Shown here: positions 42,195 through 50,801 of the stretch, piece by piece
How the letters are laid out: each line of letters starts with the position of its first letter
Numbering within the stretch: the first letter of the stretch is position 1
Source of the DNA: a virus
Lineage: Duplodnaviria > Caudoviricetes
Reading direction: 5' to 3' (one strand)
Length of the DNA stretch: 64,000 nt
Virus record (IMG/VR): IMGVR_UViG_3300029288_000081
Coordinates: 32,001 to 96,000 of that record
The notes under the pieces: generated by a model
What the model saw: only the letters and a program-made list of their open reading frames with translations
Database searches by the model: none
Told to the model about the DNA's origin: nothing
Program-made: the position numbers and the translations under genes

Positions 42195-43658
42195 ATGGAA
42201 ACAGAAGGAGCCGGCTTCGCTGTCATCGACGAGGATGGCGTCGCGTTTCACATCGCCGAGACGTACGACGAGGCTCTCGCCGTTGCTGCCGAGGCGCTCC
42301 CGGACGCCGACGTCTGGTACGAGGGCCCTCCGCCGTGGGAAGCCGCGTCCGCAGAGTCGGAGGCGCTCGCGATGGCGGCGAACGTCGGCGGGGTCATCCA
42401 GCTCCGCACCAAGAAGTCGGCGTTCGAGGACGAGCCGCGGCGAGCGTTCGGTCTGATCGGACTGAGGCCGATGTCGAACACCGAGATCGAGTCCATCTCG
42501 CTGGAGGACGCGTACGACGCGCTCCGTCCCTTCTTCCCGACCTCGAAGACCGGCAAGGCCGGCAACGTCAAGAAGGTCCTCGCCTACGACCGGCCCAGCA
42601 AGATGGTCGAGAGGATCTTCGGCGGGAACCACAAGCTCGTGAAGTCCTCGCGGCCTGGCGTTCCGAAGAGCCAGTCCACGGGCCTCAACCTGATGCCGTC
42701 GAACAACTGGAAGCGCGACGACATCGCAAGGGTCGTGGACGTCGCGGCCAGCAAGTACGGGGTCAAGAAGATCAAGCTGCCGCCCGGTCAGCGAACCACG
42801 CTGTGCGCGAGCGCGACCGCGCAGTGCAAGGCGAGCTGCCTCGTCTTCTCTGGGCAGAACCTCAACGACCGCTACAACACCATCAAGAAGCTCTCGCTCA
42901 CGATGAGCCTCTTCCACGAGCCGCTGGCGTTCATGCGCATGCTCTACGCCGCGACGGAGAAGTGGGTCAACGAGTGCTCCTGCGAGGGCTCTGTTCCGTT
43001 CCTGCGCCTCAACGTCTACTCCGACATCCCCTGGGAGCTTCTCGCTCCGGAGATGTTCGAGCGCTTCCGCAGCGTCCGCTTCTACGACTACACCAAGGTC
43101 GCCGGACGGATGCCGATGCGCGCCGGGAAGTACCCCGTTCCCAACTATGACCTCACCTTCTCGTACGCTGGGACTCAGGGGAACCTCGACGCACTCGACT
43201 ACGAGGTGAACCAGAACCGACGTCGTGTCGCGGTGACGTTCGCCACCCTCGGCACGAGCCGGTACATCGCGCCCGGTCAGAAGATCCCCACGCAGCCTCC
43301 GCGCCCCGGCACGAAGGAGACGGCTCACCGGTGGCCGTACATCCCCGAGATCGGCCTGCCCTCCGAGTTCATGGGCCTGACCGTCATCGACGGTGACCAG
43401 AGCGACTTCTGTCCCTACGACCCCGGCGCCTGTGTCGTGGGCCTGCGCTGGAAGATCCCCCAGAGCCAGCACGTGACCGCCGCCAAGGCACGCCTCTTCA
43501 TCGTGCCCGGCTACCTCGTGAAGGGTGCGGGCACGAAGAAGACGACCTTCGTGGTCATGGAGCTGCCTCGCTACACGGCCGCGTTCGGCGCAGCGCCGCC
43601 GCCGTGGAAGGACATGGACCTCAGCGACGTCGCCTCGACGATCGAGGAAGCGGACTGA
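42195..43658 (+). CDS. Gp88-family phage protein with acidic N-terminal leader ending MAAN
   Basis: LCASATAQCKASCL, RLNVYSDIPWE, FYDYTK, NYDLTFS, IDGDQSD. Confidence 0.75.
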   Translation: METEGAGFAVIDEDGVAFHIAETYDEALAVAAEALPDADVWYEGPPPWEAASAESEALAMAANVGGVIQLRTKKSAFEDEPRRAFGLIGLRPMSNTEIESISLEDAYDALRPFFPTSKTGKAGNVKKVLAYDRPSKMVERIFGGNHKLVKSSRPGVPKSQSTGLNLMPSNNWKRDDIARVVDVAASKYGVKKIKLPPGQRTTLCASATAQCKASCLVFSGQNLNDRYNTIKKLSLTMSLFHEPLAFMRMLYAATEKWVNECSCEGSVPFLRLNVYSDIPWELLAPEMFERFRSVRFYDYTKVAGRMPMRAGKYPVPNYDLTFSYAGTQGNLDALDYEVNQNRRRVAVTFATLGTSRYIAPGQKIPTQPPRPGTKETAHRWPYIPEIGLPSEFMGLTVIDGDQSDFCPYDPGACVVGLRWKIPQSQHVTAAKARLFIVPGYLVKGAGTKKTTFVVMELPRYTAAFGAAPPPWKDMDLSDVASTIEEAD

Positions 43659-44893
43659 CCGCCGTCCAGCGCTCAAGCGTCAGGGATCTTTGGCTTCTCC
43701 ATCCCAACGACATGGATGCCAGGTGCGCCAAGGATCGCAGCGATGCCTGGGCAGTCAGCCGAGCACTCCGGCGTCTGTCCGCAGAACTCACATGGCGGGT
43801 AGACGTAGGTGCAGGCGACGGCGAGGGCCTCCTCATAGAGTCCGGTGAAGCCGCAGTAGTGACACCGCCAGCGTCGTGGTGGATGACTGCGCGGCGGGTC
43901 AATCGCCTTGAGATAGTTGTGCGGGTTGAGCCTGCTCACGAGCGCCTCACCAGTAGTACCCGTGCTTCTTCCTCAGCAGAGGCATGAGGTCGTAGCGTCC
44001 GATGCGGATGTGATGCTTGCAGCGTGCGCGGAACAGCCTGGAGTGCTGACGACGGAACCAGGCGGGATCACGCCAACGAGCGGCGTGGTTGTGGTGACGG
44101 GTGCGGGACATGATGATTCTCCTGGCCCCCGGAGTCGGTCCGGGGTCCTAAGAACCAGTCACGCTCGCGTTCACGCCTCGACACGTGAAGTCGCCTGTGC
44201 CGAGATGTTTTCGGGCGAACGGTCATGCGCGATCGCTTCGAGATAGAGGAGGAGGTCCGCCTCCATCTCGGCTCCCACGCTGCGGTTGGTCCGGACCAGC
44301 AGCGAGACGATCTCGTGAGAGTTGCCCATCGCGACGAGCTTCTCCATGGCAGCGATGGTGCCGATCAGGTCCGTGAGGTCCGTGAGGGAGAGACCAACCA
44401 GAGCGCCATCGTCGCCATCGTGGATCGCCGCGAAGTTCGCGTGCGCGTACTCGTCGAGGGAGTCGGGGTCATCGCTCGCCTGAACGATCCTCGCGACCTC
44501 GCAGTACATGCTGTTGATCGCGGTCGTCAGGCAGCGAATCCTGGCCTGGTCTCGTTCAGCTCGCGTGCTCATCTCGTGTACTCCCGGCTCAGCCGCATCG
44601 TGGTGAGCAGGTAGACCTCGCGAGCCCTCGGGTGCGTGAGAAGGAAGTTCACCGCGCCCGCAAGCTGAATCAGGCGCCACTTCGTGTCGAGGCTCCCGAA
44701 CATCCGGGTTGCTCCCGCGGCGCCTCCGTTGTCTTCGACGACGCAGATCTGACCGGTGACGACACCAGAAGCGTCCGCGTCCATGTAGGAGTCGAAGAAC
44801 ATCGCCGCGATCTCATGCGAAGAGATCGCGGTGAAGGGAGGCTCCACCGCGAACGTCAGCTTCGTGAGGGGCGGCATCCCCGAGATGCGGATC

Positions 44894-45097
44894 TCACCCA
44901 AGGGTGAGGTCCTGCGGCCTGAACTCGTAGCTCTTGCCGCGCACGCCGACGGACACCCTGGCGACTCGGCCCTCGGTGCGGACGCCCTCGATCTTGCCGG
45001 AGACGCTCTCCTTCAGCCCGTACTCCTTCTGCATCGCGACCGGCACCCGCACGGACACCTTCGCGTTCTTCTTCTTGACCAGCTCGGAGACCTTCAT
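44894..45097 (-). CDS. small basic SH3-like hypothetical protein (first of a short minus-strand operon to about 43670)
   Basis: AAGGA SD; promoter TTGACC-17-CACAGT. Confidence 0.6.
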   Translation of the reverse strand: MKVSELVKKKNAKVSVRVPVAMQKEYGLKESVSGKIEGVRTEGRVARVSVGVRGKSYEFRPQDLTLG

Positions 45098-45186
45098 CTG
45101 TCGTTCGTCCTTTCGACACACTTGGCGTGTCCAGCGGACTGTGTCAGACAGCGCCACGTTGGTCAAGAAGTAGGTATGCTTGGCGC

Positions 45187-46233
45187 ATGAGCGTCTCTTC
45201 CGAGCTGACCTTCGTTCCTCGCGACAGTCATCTGCTGGCCCGCTTCGGCAAGGGCAACGACACCAAGCTGAAGATGCACCTGTTGATGCTTGCTGCGTTC
45301 CTGGAGGGCAAGCCCGAGAACACGAAGCGCTCGTACCGCGCGGCGATCCGTCAGTTCTTCACGCTGTTCGACTGGGTCTGCCCCGAGGACGTGACCATCG
45401 CTCACGCGGTCGCCTTCAAGCGCCATCTGATGGAGCACGTCAGCGACGCGACGGCCTACTACCGGCTGTCGGCCATGAGCAGCTACTTCGAGTTCCTTCG
45501 TCGGCCTGCCGGCGCGACCGACGAGCCGCTCATCAAGAACAACCCGTTCAGCGCCGTCCCACGCTCGGACATCAAGCCGACGCCGTATGGGCGCGCGGTG
45601 CCGATGGAATGGAAGACCCTGAAGCTGATCATGGACAAGCTGCCGACGGATCCGTCGGGCATCCGTGACCGGGCCATCCTCCTCTTCTTCGCGTTCACCG
45701 GGCGGCGCCGCACCGAGGTGGCGTCGCTCGTGATGAAGGACCTCGACCTGAAGAGCGAGACCAAGACGTACCGGTGCCGCGTGAAGGGCGGAGCGCTGAA
45801 GCACTTCGAGCTGCCGTCGATCTGCTACGACGCGCTGAAGGCGTACTGGATCGCCTCGGGGCGGCTCGCGACCCTGCACGCGAACGCGGGCGTCTTCGCC
45901 TCGATGCGCGACTGCTCGCTCACCAAGGGCTGCGATCCGGACAAGCCGCTCTCGCCGCGCATGATGAACAACATCCTGCGTCGAGCAGCCAAGCGTGCCG
46001 ACGTCGACCTCGCGATCGTCCGCCTGCACGGCCTTCGGCACATGGCCGCGAAGGACCTCGACAAGGCTGGGGCGCGCCTCCAGGACATCCAGGAGTTCCT
46101 CGGGCACCTGAGCCCGAACACGACCGCCGTCTACCTCCAGAAGCTCGGTGGGCCGGCCAAGGCGCACGAGGGGATGTTCATGCAGGTCCGTGAGGCGGCA
46201 GCGGAGATGGCGCGGAACCTCAGCGAGAGCTGA
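45187..46233 (+). CDS. tyrosine recombinase (XerC/D-like)
   Basis: RDRAIL..TGRRRTEV, VKGG, HGLRH, LGH...TTAVY. Confidence 0.93.
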   Translation: MSVSSELTFVPRDSHLLARFGKGNDTKLKMHLLMLAAFLEGKPENTKRSYRAAIRQFFTLFDWVCPEDVTIAHAVAFKRHLMEHVSDATAYYRLSAMSSYFEFLRRPAGATDEPLIKNNPFSAVPRSDIKPTPYGRAVPMEWKTLKLIMDKLPTDPSGIRDRAILLFFAFTGRRRTEVASLVMKDLDLKSETKTYRCRVKGGALKHFELPSICYDALKAYWIASGRLATLHANAGVFASMRDCSLTKGCDPDKPLSPRMMNNILRRAAKRADVDLAIVRLHGLRHMAAKDLDKAGARLQDIQEFLGHLSPNTTAVYLQKLGGPAKAHEGMFMQVREAAAEMARNLSES

Positions 46234-46570
46234 CCTGCCGGAGCACGTGAGCGACGAAGGCGGCAGGAGGTCGCACACTGTGCTCGCGCAGGTAGTGGCC
46301 GAATCCTTCCGGCCACACGTAGACGCCGTCGGAGTAGTCGGCGCTGCCGTTGTTCCAGATGCGACAGATGCGGCACGTAGACATGCCGCGGTACTGGTCG
46401 CCAAGGAAGCGACTGTCCGAGACGTACCTGATCACCTTGTCTCGCTCGGCCCAGTTCCAGCTCGGGTCGACGAAGGCACGCACGTCCGGGTACTTGCCAT
46501 CGTCGTTTCGCGGGTCGAGGCTCTTCCAGAATCCGACCTCGATCGGCTGTCGCCGCGCCGTGTAGCTCAT
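46220..46570 (-). CDS. hypothetical protein
   Basis: GAGG SD, ATGA overlap; 'YRGMSTCRIC...DGVYVWPEGFGHYLREH'. Confidence 0.7.
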   Translation of the reverse strand: MSYTARRQPIEVGFWKSLDPRNDDGKYPDVRAFVDPSWNWAERDKVIRYVSDSRFLGDQYRGMSTCRICRIWNNGSADYSDGVYVWPEGFGHYLREHSVRPPAAFVAHVLRQVSSR

Positions 46571-47322
46571 CGACCTCTCCGGCGGTTGCGCTTCACGTGC
46601 TTGCTCCTGCCGTAGGCCCACCAGGCGAAGGCGGCGCCAGCTCCGAGGACGGCGAGCCCAGGTACGTAGATGGGCACGGTCGTGGCCGCGCGAGCCCGAC
46701 CCGCCAACGACGGTCCTGCGACGCGCCCCTCGTCCTCGATCGTCACGAAGTCAGCAGGCCACGAGTTCGTCTGGCTCTCGGTGATGTACCAGTTGCCGTC
46801 TCGCAGGACGATGGCCGAGGACGGGTGCCGCAGCAGGTAGTTGGTCGTGACGGGCGCGTTCGCGAAGTTGGCGGCGCGCGGCACCGGGTTCGGCAGCCGG
46901 GCGGTCGCGAACTTGACGATGACCTCGCGGACCGCGGGACGAATCTCCGACCACGGCATCGTCGCTGCCCGGTCTCGAACCGCGAGCCTTCGTTCCGCGC
47001 ATTCATCCCTGCCGTGGTAGGCGCCGCCGGGACGGCACTTCGTCCCGTCGCGACGCCAGATGGGGTTCACCGGCTGACTGTGCGCCTGAACGAGCCCCTT
47101 CAGGCTGCTGCCGCGGCGCATCGCCAGGAGCTGCGCGTACGTCCACGCGGTCGCCTCGTTGTTGCCTGCCTCGTGCTGAACAGAACGGGCCAGCCACAGG
47201 AGATCGTCGGGCGTCATCTGGTACGACCAGCCGCCCTGGGTCTTGATTTGCCCAGGTGTCGGGATCGAGCTGACGTCCACCGGCTCTTCGCTCTGTCCCA
47301 GGCCCATCATCGCGTACGACAT
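46567..47322 (-). CDS. cell-wall hydrolase-like (SleB-type) membrane protein with MSYAMMGLGQ leader and VKRN-Arg tail
   Basis: 'DLLWLARSVQHEAG' catalytic Glu motif; C-terminal TM. Confidence 0.65.
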   Translation of the reverse strand: MSYAMMGLGQSEEPVDVSSIPTPGQIKTQGGWSYQMTPDDLLWLARSVQHEAGNNEATAWTYAQLLAMRRGSSLKGLVQAHSQPVNPIWRRDGTKCRPGGAYHGRDECAERRLAVRDRAATMPWSEIRPAVREVIVKFATARLPNPVPRAANFANAPVTTNYLLRHPSSAIVLRDGNWYITESQTNSWPADFVTIEDEGRVAGPSLAGRARAATTVPIYVPGLAVLGAGAAFAWWAYGRSKHVKRNRRRGR

Positions 47323-47387
47323 GGACCGAATCGTATCCGATCTGCTTGCCCCTTGCTCGTGTCTGACACCCGGTGCATCCTCGGGCG

Positions 47388-47873
47388 GTGAACGACAAGA
47401 AGCGCGACATCATCTTCGAGATCCCCAAGACGGAGCTTCCGCCGTCCGTTCGCGAGCTGATGGACAGGGCGGAGGCGCGGATGAAGGACGCCGAAGAGGT
47501 CGCGTCCGATCTTCTCAACGAGCCGCTGGAGATCGACTTCAGCGTCCAGAACGACAAGGTGATCTACTCGATCATGATGACCAGCTCCGACGTCGCCGGT
47601 CAGGTCGTGCTCGCGAAGTCGATCATCCGCGCCGTCCAGAGCTACGGGGTCGTGGCAACCGAGATGAAGGGCAAGACGATGCCCTCGACGCGGCTCGGCG
47701 AGCCGCAGACGAGCTACAACCGCGCCGTGCGCATCGACTGGAAGGCGCAGAAGATCTTCACCAACTTCAAGCCCAGCGAGGGAGACTCGTTCCTCGGGGC
47801 CATGGCCATCGTCGTCGAAGATCTTCAGCGCGGCGCTGGTCACCGCAAGGACGCAGAGGAGCCGAAGTCATGA
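47388..47873 (+). CDS. hypothetical protein
   Basis: TTGCTC-17-CATCCT-6-GTG leaderless promoter. Confidence 0.7.
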   Translation: MNDKKRDIIFEIPKTELPPSVRELMDRAEARMKDAEEVASDLLNEPLEIDFSVQNDKVIYSIMMTSSDVAGQVVLAKSIIRAVQSYGVVATEMKGKTMPSTRLGEPQTSYNRAVRIDWKAQKIFTNFKPSEGDSFLGAMAIVVEDLQRGAGHRKDAEEPKS

Positions 47874-48109
47874 CGCGTGACGAGTTCGAGGATTGGTTGG
47901 AGGAGCGCGAGTCCAACGCGCTCGACGAGGTGCAGCAGTCCGACGCCCCCGCGCAGAGGTGGCTGACCCGGCTCTTCGCTGCCCTGAAGCGGACCGCCGA
48001 CGAAGAGGACGAGGCACGCGAGGAGGAAGACGAGGACCTCTTCGAGGAGGAGGTCGAGAACGACCCGGAGGACGCCTTCGACCCCGAGAACGAATCCGAG
48101 GGCACGTGA
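47870..48109 (+). CDS. small highly acidic protein
   Basis: ATGA overlap; over 40% Asp/Glu. Confidence 0.65.
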   Translation: MTRDEFEDWLEERESNALDEVQQSDAPAQRWLTRLFAALKRTADEEDEAREEEDEDLFEEEVENDPEDAFDPENESEGT

Positions 48110-49320
48110 TCCGCTTCCGCTTCCAGGAAGACGAACGCCGCTTCATCCGCCTCCACGCAGAGCTGTTCGAGAAGCTCGCACGCGCCGGCCTCTCGGAGGT
48201 GGTCGGCAGCGAGACGCTGCGCAACGTCTCCAAGATCGAGCAGATGGCGCACATGGAGGGCATCCGACAGGGCCTGGCCATGGCCGCGATCGCGCGGCAG
48301 ATGAACGAGGAAGAGGCGCTGCCGATCCCTGACCCGTACGGCCAGAAGGCATTCCAGCTCCACGCGCTGATCTACGGCAGCTCGGACACACCGCTCCGCG
48401 CGATCGAGAAGGAGTGGCTCGATAAGCTCGGCCTCGATCCCGAGCACTTCGCCAAGTCCTGGCTCGACGACAAGCCCATGCGCTACGCGCCCGCGACGCT
48501 TCAGGAGCTGGATGGGACCGTGCCGCCCATCGCCCCGATGATGTCGATCCGCGCCCCCCACAAGCCCATGCCCGTGAAGCCGTCCGCTCCCGGCATGACC
48601 GACCTGATGGTCACCCCCGAAGACATCGACGACTACCTGCCTCCCTCTGAGGCCATGCACGGCGCCGAGGTGACCGTGCCCGAGCCGTGGCAGAAGGGCG
48701 AGTACGAGCCCGACGATCCCGAGCCGTTCGATACCGGCGTCGCATCCGGCTATCGGCCGCAGTCGCAAGCCGGGACGCAGTGCCACGACGTCGAAGAGAT
48801 CCGGCCCGAGAGCCCCGAGTTCCTCGACATCGTCCGAGACGCCATCCAGACGAAGAAGAGCGCCGGCTGGGACCCGAAGACCTGGCAGGACATCATCCTC
48901 GACCTGCACCGTCACATGGGCGTGGACGCGGGCTTCCTCGACATCCAGCTCACCACCCACGTCGGACGCACCGTGCTCGACCAGTGCGGCCTCGTCGGGA
49001 TGGCGCCTCCCGACATGATGAGCTTCGAGTTCCTCAGCAACCTGCCCGGCAAGAGCGGCGGCATGCTCGAAGAAGACCGTCGCACGCTCGAACGGATCGA
49101 CGAGGGCGTCACCAGTCACGACTTGTCTTCGATCACGGAGCTTGGTGAAGGGGAGGACTTCGAGTTGCTCGCCAACATCTCGCCGCCGCTCGCCGGCAAG
49201 GTGCCGTCGCCGCCGCTCATGGTGCGCAACGAGGACGGTGAGCTTCACTCCTCGCTCGGGGAGCCCGGGGAAGGGACGATGGGCTTCGGGAAGGCCCACG
49301 ACTGGGACGACGAGATCTAA
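48106..49320 (+). CDS. acidic hypothetical protein
   Basis: GTGA overlap; strong codon bias. Confidence 0.7.
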   Translation: MIRFRFQEDERRFIRLHAELFEKLARAGLSEVVGSETLRNVSKIEQMAHMEGIRQGLAMAAIARQMNEEEALPIPDPYGQKAFQLHALIYGSSDTPLRAIEKEWLDKLGLDPEHFAKSWLDDKPMRYAPATLQELDGTVPPIAPMMSIRAPHKPMPVKPSAPGMTDLMVTPEDIDDYLPPSEAMHGAEVTVPEPWQKGEYEPDDPEPFDTGVASGYRPQSQAGTQCHDVEEIRPESPEFLDIVRDAIQTKKSAGWDPKTWQDIILDLHRHMGVDAGFLDIQLTTHVGRTVLDQCGLVGMAPPDMMSFEFLSNLPGKSGGMLEEDRRTLERIDEGVTSHDLSSITELGEGEDFELLANISPPLAGKVPSPPLMVRNEDGELHSSLGEPGEGTMGFGKAHDWDDEI

Positions 49321-49988
49321 CTCCGATGCCTGTTCCGGCGCACAGGACGCCGCAGGAGCCACCAGAGCAGCCCGAGGGTACCGATGGCGCCAGCGGCGGC
49401 GAGAGCCAGCCTACCGGCGCCCTCGGGAGGGCCCAGGGAGGCTCCGCCTCCACCTCCCCCGGTGACGGGCGCGATGGACGTAGGTGGGGCGCCGGCCAGG
49501 AAGCGCTGCACGGCGGTCGCCATCGCGCTGCCCCACGGGGCTGCGCCGGTGGGGGTGAAGTGGGGATTGGTGGGGCTCGCCCTGGGAAGATTCAGCGGTG
49601 TGACCGGGTAGGCGTCGATGTAACGGTCCCCGAAGATACGTGCGTTCATGGACCGCAGCGCGTCCCCTTCCGCGTGGTCACGCGCGGTCGGGTACTGCGG
49701 TGGACCGCTCATCAGCACCGGAGGAGCCACGTCCATCTTCATCTTGCGAAGCGCCGCCTCCGTTGCTGGAGTCGCCAGGGAGTTGTGGCCGAAGATCAGC
49801 AGGACAACGTCGGCACCCCTCGCGGCCTGTGTGTACTGATCCCAGTAGGGGGCTCGCGTCTGCACGATCGGAGACTTGCTGTCGTTGTGGACTACCGTGA
49901 CCGAGTGGCCGGCGGCAACGAGGGCTCGCTTCGCCGCGTTGCCTGGAGTCCCGGCTTGAGAGTCGCCCCAGATGAGAACCTTCGCCAT
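49317..49988 (-). CDS. SGNH/GDSL-like esterase with C-terminal TM and VRRN-Arg tail
   Basis: LIWGDSQ, FGHN, 'PHFTPTG'; TACCAT-7-ATG. Confidence 0.75.
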   Translation of the reverse strand: MAKVLIWGDSQAGTPGNAAKRALVAAGHSVTVVHNDSKSPIVQTRAPYWDQYTQAARGADVVLLIFGHNSLATPATEAALRKMKMDVAPPVLMSGPPQYPTARDHAEGDALRSMNARIFGDRYIDAYPVTPLNLPRASPTNPHFTPTGAAPWGSAMATAVQRFLAGAPPTSIAPVTGGGGGGASLGPPEGAGRLALAAAGAIGTLGLLWWLLRRPVRRNRHRS

Positions 49989-50036
49989 GCCCCCGATGGT
50001 AGCGCGACGCGCCGATCGGTGGGAGGGGAGTGGTAG

Positions 50037-50459
50037 ATGTCCAAGACCTCGGTCCAACTCGCTGCCGTCGAAGCAGAACTCGCGAAGATCCAGGCGGAGT
50101 ATGACGGCCTGAGCGGTGCGCTCGGAGACCCGGCCATCACCACATGGATCGCCGACATGGGTCGAGCGGCCCCGCGGAAGCTCTCCACGTTCGAGGCCGC
50201 CACCGTGAAGCGGATCGCGAGCCTGGAGCCCAAGCTCGACAAGCTCGAAGACCAGCGAGACGACCTTCGAGCAGAGCTGATCTGCGAGCTGGCCGGCATC
50301 CCAACCGACAGCGACATCCAGGACCCCGAAACCCTCCTGCGTGCCGCCCTCGTCGTGCTCAACCGAGCCCACAAGGCAGGGCAGTCGACCATCGAGGGGC
50401 GGACGGTCATGCGAGCGTTGATCGACTACCTCAAGAGCCTCGCTGCGGACGACGAGTAG
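50037..50459 (+). CDS. coiled-coil hypothetical protein
   Basis: GGAG SD. Confidence 0.7.
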   Translation: MSKTSVQLAAVEAELAKIQAEYDGLSGALGDPAITTWIADMGRAAPRKLSTFEAATVKRIASLEPKLDKLEDQRDDLRAELICELAGIPTDSDIQDPETLLRAALVVLNRAHKAGQSTIEGRTVMRALIDYLKSLAADDE

Positions 50460-50801
50460 CTAGTCGCCTGCCTGCCGCAGAACGTGCATACGCGGCTGAC
50501 CGTCGGTGTCTGCAACGGTCAAGCAAGCTCCGGCTGACATGCGGCTCATGACACCTGGCGCGTCAGCCCGAAACGCAGCGACGCTCACCGTCTCGTGGTC
50601 GCCTCTTGCGTCCCAGAGGTCGGGCCAGGAGCGCTCCGACTCGCGCTCGACCACTTCGCGCTCCTCATCGGTGAGCGTCTCGTAGAGATCTTCGAGGCTC
50701 CCGAGCGCAGCTCGATCGTCCTCTGGCTTCCAGCCTGGCTGACGCCGAGCTTCACGCAGGTCATCCACGAGCTGCTGGTAGATGGCGAGCGGAGAGTTCA
50801 C
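50460..50801 (-). CDS. hypothetical protein with Phd/YefM-like C-terminus
   Basis: 'ETVSVAAFRADAPGVMSR' resembles the Phd N-terminal motif. Confidence 0.4.
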   Translation of the reverse strand: MNSPLAIYQQLVDDLREARRQPGWKPEDDRAALGSLEDLYETLTDEEREVVERESERSWPDLWDARGDHETVSVAAFRADAPGVMSRMSAGACLTVADTDGQPRMHVLRQAGD

